In this document: piece after piece, positions 63,105-64,000 of the stretch
How positions within the stretch are numbered: position 1 is the stretch's first letter
Layout: every line of letters starts with the position of its first letter
Virus record (IMG/VR): IMGVR_UViG_3300005253_001115
Coordinates: 1 to 64,000 of that record
DNA: 64,000 nucleotides
Reading direction: 5' to 3' (one strand)
Program-made: the position numbers and the translations under genes
Notes under the pieces: generated by a model
The model's input: the letters and a program-made list of their open reading frames with translations, nothing else
Told to the model about the DNA's origin: nothing
Database searches by the model: none

Positions 63105-63422
63105 ATGACTCGGGCACAAAGACTTCTTACATTGGCCTACAAGGCCCACCAGCGCGGCGAGGAAACCATCGCAGCACGCATTACTGCGTTTGCTTTTGCC
63201 GAGCCGGATTCAGCACAGATTTTCGAGAAGATTACTTCTGATAAGACCTCGGGGACCTCCGAGGTTGATCGTGCTGAAGCTACAATCCGAGCTGCCGAAG
63301 CTACTACTAAGGGTGCTATCTTTAGTGGTAGAGGGAGCAATGCGCTCTTGGCAATCGCGGAGAAGGCCCACAGAGACGGTCTTCCCAAGATAGCCGCAGC
63401 AATCGCTAACGCAGCCAGATAA
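63105..63422 (+). CDS. hypothetical Ala-rich protein
   Basis: AGGAG RBS, internal KAH repeat. Confidence 0.6.
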   Translation: MTRAQRLLTLAYKAHQRGEETIAARITAFAFAEPDSAQIFEKITSDKTSGTSEVDRAEATIRAAEATTKGAIFSGRGSNALLAIAEKAHRDGLPKIAAAIANAAR

Positions 63423-63455
63423 TCGGTCTGCCACCCTCTCTAAAGGGAGACTACA

Positions 63456-64000
63456 ATGGCCGATCCGACAGGCAGCGTAGGCGGAACATTTGGCGCTGGA
63501 CCCGGCGAGACTCCGGGCGAGCGTATCTTCCAATCGGTTGATACGCTTGCTCGACTTGCCACTATTCAAACAGCCGTAGATCGCACACTCATTCTCGTTG
63601 AGGGCGAGCAGGGCGGTCTGCTTTATCGTATGGACAAGCAGGCAACTGTACCGGGCTCCAACGAAGTTGCAGCCCCGAACGGTGGTGTGTGGAAGCTAGT
63701 CAATCTGGGTGGTGTCCAGGGAAATACAGGCGAAACTGGCCCCGCAGGCGCTCCCACGGGCGTCACAGGAGAGACTGGCGCTTCCGGCCCCCAAGGTGTC
63801 GTAGGTTCGCAAGGTATCCAAGGTGACATAGGTACTACCGGACCCAACGGCGAGACGGGAGCCCAAGGCACCGCAGGCGTCAACGGACTCCTAGGTGAAG
63901 TTGGACCCACGGGTTCGGGCGGAACTGGCAACACTGGCAATACTGGCGTGGATGGTTTCGGTAACACAGGACACACAGGAAATACTGGACCGGCTGGCGT
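63456..64000 (+). CDS. collagen-like (Gly-X-Y) fibre protein, partial
   Basis: MADPTGS... then [23 protein letters not shown]; open to window end. Confidence 0.8.
   Translation, partial: MADPTGSVGGTFGAGPGETPGERIFQSVDTLARLATIQTAVDRTLILVEGEQGGLLYRMDKQATVPGSNEVAAPNGGVWKLVNLGGVQGNTGETGPAGAPTGVTGETGASGPQGVVGSQGIQGDIGTTGPNGETGAQGTAGVNGLLGEVGPTGSGGTGNTGNTGVDGFGNTGHTGNTGPAG

Noticed and set aside
63623-63976. Pro-rich minus-strand ORF
   Set aside because: Antisense of the Gly-X-Y collagen repeat on the + strand.

Overview
This window is part of a large (jumbo-type) tailed dsDNA phage genome that uses the standard genetic code. Left half (1-31.4 kb, + strand): an accessory and translation-support region. 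It holds about 33 canonical tRNAs, a phage-encoded RNase P RNA, IF-1, RtcB, a YkuK-like RNase H, a macrodomain, a metallophosphoesterase, an SprT-like protease, an amidinotransferase, an RfaE-II-like nucleotidyltransferase and many small orphan ORFs. Right half: lysis and virion genes, including a GH108 endolysin, a CCA-adding enzyme with a long extension, RuvC, TerL, portal, an SOD-like protein, a putative prohead protease, an intein-containing protein, scaffold, major capsid protein and a collagen-like fibre. Homing endonucleases and their remnants occur in both halves. The strongest unexplained signal has two parts. (i) A covarying boxB-like hairpin, CGC-GACAG-GCG, occurs 8 times, always in or beside non-canonical RNAs (two circularly permuted Y-RNA/YrlA-like tRNA mimics, aberrant tRNAs, new multi-hairpin RNAs). 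(ii) An Arg-rich helical tag, [TN][GDN]R[RK]xAIxxQ[KR]AR, is shared by at least 4-5 unrelated small proteins. Together they suggest, by inference only, an RNA-hairpin/peptide-tag addressing system. Also notable: leader-peptide attenuators ahead of two tRNA arrays, an anticodon-deleted tRNA-Ala inside a CDS, a sigma28-like promoter set, and three genes flanked by 20-26 bp direct repeats. All calls were made by eye, with no database searches or folding software.
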